52,194 bases of DNA, taken from contig JANPEF010000144.1 of assembly GCA_031431875.1 (NCBI GenBank), positions 1 through 52,194 on the forward strand. The letters are read 5' to 3'. The notes beneath the pieces were generated by a model that was not told where the DNA came from, did not search any database, and saw only the letters and a list, made by a program, of their open reading frames with translations. Each line of letters starts with the position of its first letter. Position 1 is the stretch's first letter. Both the position numbers and the translations under genes were made by a program. The stretch comes from Candidatus Eiseniibacteriota bacterium. Its GTDB lineage: Bacteria; Eisenbacteria; RBG-16-71-46; DASYSL01. Below are positions 48,857-52,194 of the stretch, piece after piece.

Positions 48857-51400
48857 ATGACACCGTCGCCCGCGGTCGCCCGCCATCTCGCCGTCGTCGT
48901 CCGCTCGTGCGCCGCGCTGTGCGCGTTCGCGCTGGCCGACCCCGCCGACGCCCAGACGCCCAATGCCCCGACGCCGACGACACCCGCTCCGATCGCCGCG
49001 CCTTTCGGCTGCAAGGCCGCGCGGCTCACCGAGTCGGTGAAGGTCGACGGAGTGCTCGACGAGCACGTCTGGCAGAACGGCAACGCCATCACCGAGTTCA
49101 AGCAGCGCGATCCGGACGAGGGTGCCACGCCCAGCCAGAGGACCGAGGTCCGCATCGCCTACGACGACGATGCGCTCTACGTCGGCGCGCGGCTGTACGA
49201 CGAGCGCCCGGACTCGATCCTCGCGCGGCTGTCGCGTCGCGACGTGTCGATCCCGGCCGATCGCTTCTCGGTCTACCTCGACCCGCTGCTCGACAAGCGC
49301 AGCGGCTACTACTTCCTGGTCAATGCCGCCGGCACGCTGTTCGACGGCACGCTGTCGAACGACGGCTGGGAGGACGGCTCGTGGGACGGCGTGTGGGAGG
49401 CGAAGGCCCGCGTCGACGACCAGGGCTGGACCGCCGAGATGCGCATCCCGTACTCGCAGCTGCGCTTCGCCTCGCAGGCTTCCGGCAACATGACGTGGGG
49501 CGTGAACTTCCGCCGCGTCATCCAGCGCAACAACGAGGAGGTCTTCCTCGTCTACCAGCCCAAGAAGGAGAGCGGGTTCGTCTCGCGCTTTCCGGAGCTG
49601 ACCGGCTTCGAGGGTGTGAAGGCCGGCTCGGCGATCGAGTTCCTGCCCTACGTCACCGGCAAGGCCGAGTGGCTGGCCGCGGGCACGAAGGACCAGGACC
49701 CCAATGCCGGCTTCGACCTGCGCATGCCGGTCGGTGGGCGCATGACGCTCAATGGCAGCGTCAATCCGGACTTCGGCCAGGTCGAGGTCGACCCGGCGGT
49801 GGTGAACCTGTCCGACGTCGAGACGTTCTATCCCGAGAAGCGCCCGTTCTTCGTCGAGGGCTCGGCCAACTTCCGCTTCGGCAACGAGGGCGCCAGCGAC
49901 TACTGGGGATTCAACTGGCCCGAACCCGTGTTCTTCTACAGCCGGCGCATCGGTGGCGGCGGCGAGAGGATCCTGGGCGCGACCAAGCTCGCCGGCAAGG
50001 TCGCCCCGGGCACCAACCTGGGATCGCTGCTGGCCGTCACCAACGAGGAGTTCGAGCCGCGCACGCTGTGGGGCGACGTCACCACGCTGAAGGACATCGG
50101 CAGCGGTCGCGCCGGCCTCGGCGTCAAGGTCAACGGCGCAGCTCGCGACTTCGACGAGGACGGCCTGACCGACTCCTACAACCGGAACTCCCTGTTCGCC
50201 GGGCTCGATGGCTGGTACTTCCTCGACACGAAGAAAAAATGGGTGGTCTCGGGCTGGTCCGGCGTGTCGCGGATCGAGGGAACCGAGGCGCGCATCTCGG
50301 ACGTGCAGCAGAGTTCGCGCCACTACTTCCAGCGGCCCGACGCCAAGGAGGTTCTCTACGATCCGACCCGCACGTCACTCACCGGCACGGGCACGCGACT
50401 GTGGCTCAACAAGCAGAGTGGCAACGTCATCTTCAACGCCGCCGCTGGAAGCATGTCCCCCTCGTTCGAGGTCAACGACATCGGCTTCATGTCCCGTGCC
50501 GACGTGATCAACGCCCACGTCGGTGGCGGCTACAAGTGGACCGAGACGACGAAGACGCGCAAGTACCAGGACGTCACCGCGGCCCTGTTTGCGAGCTTCG
50601 ACCACGATGGGAACCGCCAGCAGAGCGGCATCTGGACGCACGGCTTCACCGAGTTCCGCAACAACTACAGCTGGGACTACGGCCTGTCGTACAACCCCGG
50701 CGGGATGAGCAGCCGTCGCACCCGTGGCGGCCCGCTGATGAGGACCAACCCCGGCTACGAGATCAGCACCTACTTCGACACCGACGGGAAGGCGAAGGTG
50801 TTCTACTTCGTGAGCACGGGCACGTACCTGCAGCCCGCCGAGAACTCGCTCACCGTCTGGTTCAGCCCCGGCGTCGAGTTCAAGCCGGCGTCGAACGTGA
50901 CATTGCGCCTCGAGCCGTCGTACGAGCGCAACTCGGAGAACGCGCAGTACATCACCACCTACGACGACGCGTCCGCCACCGAGACCTACGGCAAGCGCTA
51001 CGTGTTCGCCCGCCTCGACCAGCGCACCTATGCCGCCGGAATTCGCCTCAACTGGGCGTTCTCGCCGAACAAGAGCCTGCAGTTCTTCGGCCAGCCGCTG
51101 GTCTCGATCGGCGAGTACGAGGATTACAAGGCGCTGGCGCGCCCGCGCTCGTACGAGTTCGACGGCCTCCCCATCGTCGACGGCGCGGACGACTTCAACT
51201 ACAAGTCGCTGCGCGGGAACGCGATCTTCCGCTGGGAGTACCGACCGGGCTCGACGTTTTTCCTGGTCTGGAACCACGGCCGCGAAAACACGGACTCGCT
51301 CGGCCCGGGCTTCCCGGCCGGGGACTCGTTCGGCGAGCTGTTCGACACCGAAGCGGACAACATCTTCCTCGCCAAGGTGTCGTACTACTTCACGCTGTAG
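48857..51400 (+). CDS. CBM9-like + DUF5916 outer-membrane protein
   Basis: Signal peptide, VDGVLDE..W, TEVRIAYDD, GWTAEMRIP, NPDFGQVE.D, EKRPFF.EG, FRWEYRPGS, KVSYYF. Confidence 0.88.
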   Translation: MTPSPAVARHLAVVVRSCAALCAFALADPADAQTPNAPTPTTPAPIAAPFGCKAARLTESVKVDGVLDEHVWQNGNAITEFKQRDPDEGATPSQRTEVRIAYDDDALYVGARLYDERPDSILARLSRRDVSIPADRFSVYLDPLLDKRSGYYFLVNAAGTLFDGTLSNDGWEDGSWDGVWEAKARVDDQGWTAEMRIPYSQLRFASQASGNMTWGVNFRRVIQRNNEEVFLVYQPKKESGFVSRFPELTGFEGVKAGSAIEFLPYVTGKAEWLAAGTKDQDPNAGFDLRMPVGGRMTLNGSVNPDFGQVEVDPAVVNLSDVETFYPEKRPFFVEGSANFRFGNEGASDYWGFNWPEPVFFYSRRIGGGGERILGATKLAGKVAPGTNLGSLLAVTNEEFEPRTLWGDVTTLKDIGSGRAGLGVKVNGAARDFDEDGLTDSYNRNSLFAGLDGWYFLDTKKKWVVSGWSGVSRIEGTEARISDVQQSSRHYFQRPDAKEVLYDPTRTSLTGTGTRLWLNKQSGNVIFNAAAGSMSPSFEVNDIGFMSRADVINAHVGGGYKWTETTKTRKYQDVTAALFASFDHDGNRQQSGIWTHGFTEFRNNYSWDYGLSYNPGGMSSRRTRGGPLMRTNPGYEISTYFDTDGKAKVFYFVSTGTYLQPAENSLTVWFSPGVEFKPASNVTLRLEPSYERNSENAQYITTYDDASATETYGKRYVFARLDQRTYAAGIRLNWAFSPNKSLQFFGQPLVSIGEYEDYKALARPRSYEFDGLPIVDGADDFNYKSLRGNAIFRWEYRPGSTFFLVWNHGRENTDSLGPGFPAGDSFGELFDTEADNIFLAKVSYYFTL

Positions 51401-51446
51401 CCCGGGTTCCACGCAAGGAGGAGCGCATCGCGACACGTGCGCTCAG

Positions 51447-51480
51447 GGAGGGCGGGCTACCTCGGTGGCCCGCCCTTTTC
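51447..51480. terminator. Intrinsic terminator between convergent genes
   Basis: AGGGCGGGCTACC-TC-GGTGGCCCGCCCT followed by TTTC. Confidence 0.7.
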
Positions 51481-51503
51481 ACGTCCGCACGCTTCAGAAC
51501 GCG

Positions 51504-52194
51504 TCAGCGCAGCACCACGCCCTTGCTGATCACGCTCTTTCCGCCATGCGTGAGCCGCGTCCAGTACACGCCCGGCGCGAGCGCCACGCCCCCGCCGCCG
51601 CTCCAGTCGAGCGTCCCCGGCCCGGCCGCGGCCTCGGGCAACGCACGGGACGCGATCCGCCTCCCGCGAACGTCGCACAGCTCGAACCGCGCGTCGCCCG
51701 ACGTCGGCAGCGTGTACGACAGACGCAGGCCACGTCCCACCGCCGGATTCGGCACGAAGCGGGCGGCGAGCGCCAGCGACGTGGTGTTGCCGGGCCCGCC
51801 ATCGAGCACCGCCCCGCCGTCGGGCGGGCCGACGTGCAGCGAAAGGTCGACAACGAAGAGCGGCCGCAGCGGATCGCTCGTCGCGATGCGCAGCGTGCCG
51901 TGGTTCGTCACGTCTCCATCCCCCGCGCCGCCGTCGTAGCCGACCAGGAGCAATGCGGAAGAGAGCGGCGGAATCCCGAGGTTCGGCGAAGGCACCGAGA
52001 ACGGCTTCCCCAGCGAGAAGTTGAGCAGTTGCGCGCGATCCTGGCCCGAGAGCCCGAGCAGCGGTGGCCCGAACGGTGTGCGCAGCGCCTCCGCAGCCTC
52101 GAGGGCAAGGGCGCGGGTCGGCGCCTGCACGGCATAGTGCAGGATGCCGGCGGTCGCCCCCGGCGCCAGCGTGAACTCGAACTCGTAGCGCACG
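51504..52194 (-). CDS. 3' part of a secreted protein with FlgD/T9SS-like C-terminal domain (5'-truncated)
   Basis: PNPA...LSYTLP...ELCDVRGR...LAPGVYWTRL...KGVVLR; open to the window edge. Confidence 0.75.
   Translation of the reverse strand, partial: VRYEFEFTLAPGATAGILHYAVQAPTRALALEAAEALRTPFGPPLLGLSGQDRAQLLNFSLGKPFSVPSPNLGIPPLSSALLLVGYDGGAGDGDVTNHGTLRIATSDPLRPLFVVDLSLHVGPPDGGAVLDGGPGNTTSLALAARFVPNPAVGRGLRLSYTLPTSGDARFELCDVRGRRIASRALPEAAAGPGTLDWSGGGGVALAPGVYWTRLTHGGKSVISKGVVLR

Overview
GC-rich bacterial chromosomal window. FlgD/T9SS-like C-terminal sorting domains suggest an FCB-group lineage such as Ca. Eisenbacteria (inference). Left to right it holds an FMN riboswitch, a small self-contained transcript with 17 nt complementary to the 16S 3' end, ychF with an orphan zf-HC2 gene, an outer-membrane barrel, tRNA-Lys, and a complete his operon with a His-rich leader attenuator and a HisA-HisI-HisE fusion. 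Next is a 14 kb divergent cluster: glycogen synthase, four ATP-grasp ligases, a GCS2-CBS ligase, two esterases, an S51-type peptidase and an AstE/AspA deacylase, split by an HNH gene. Then come a His-tail EamA transporter, a beta-propeller surface protein and a heavy-metal RND (CzcCBA-like) locus, followed by housekeeping genes (purA, HepT/MntA TA, serA-like, aminotransferase, moaD-moaE fusion, glcDEF) and a CBM9/DUF5916 protein. The top observation is a gene the ORF track splits in two (35083-35799, minus). It reads as one 238-aa secreted beta-barrel protein with two in-frame UGA codons in a U-S-G-U (CxxC-like) motif followed by a SECIS-like hairpin. It is a candidate double-selenocysteine outer-membrane protein, coupled to a YHS-TlpA thioredoxin and the metal efflux pump, with a decayed second copy at the far end of the efflux operon.
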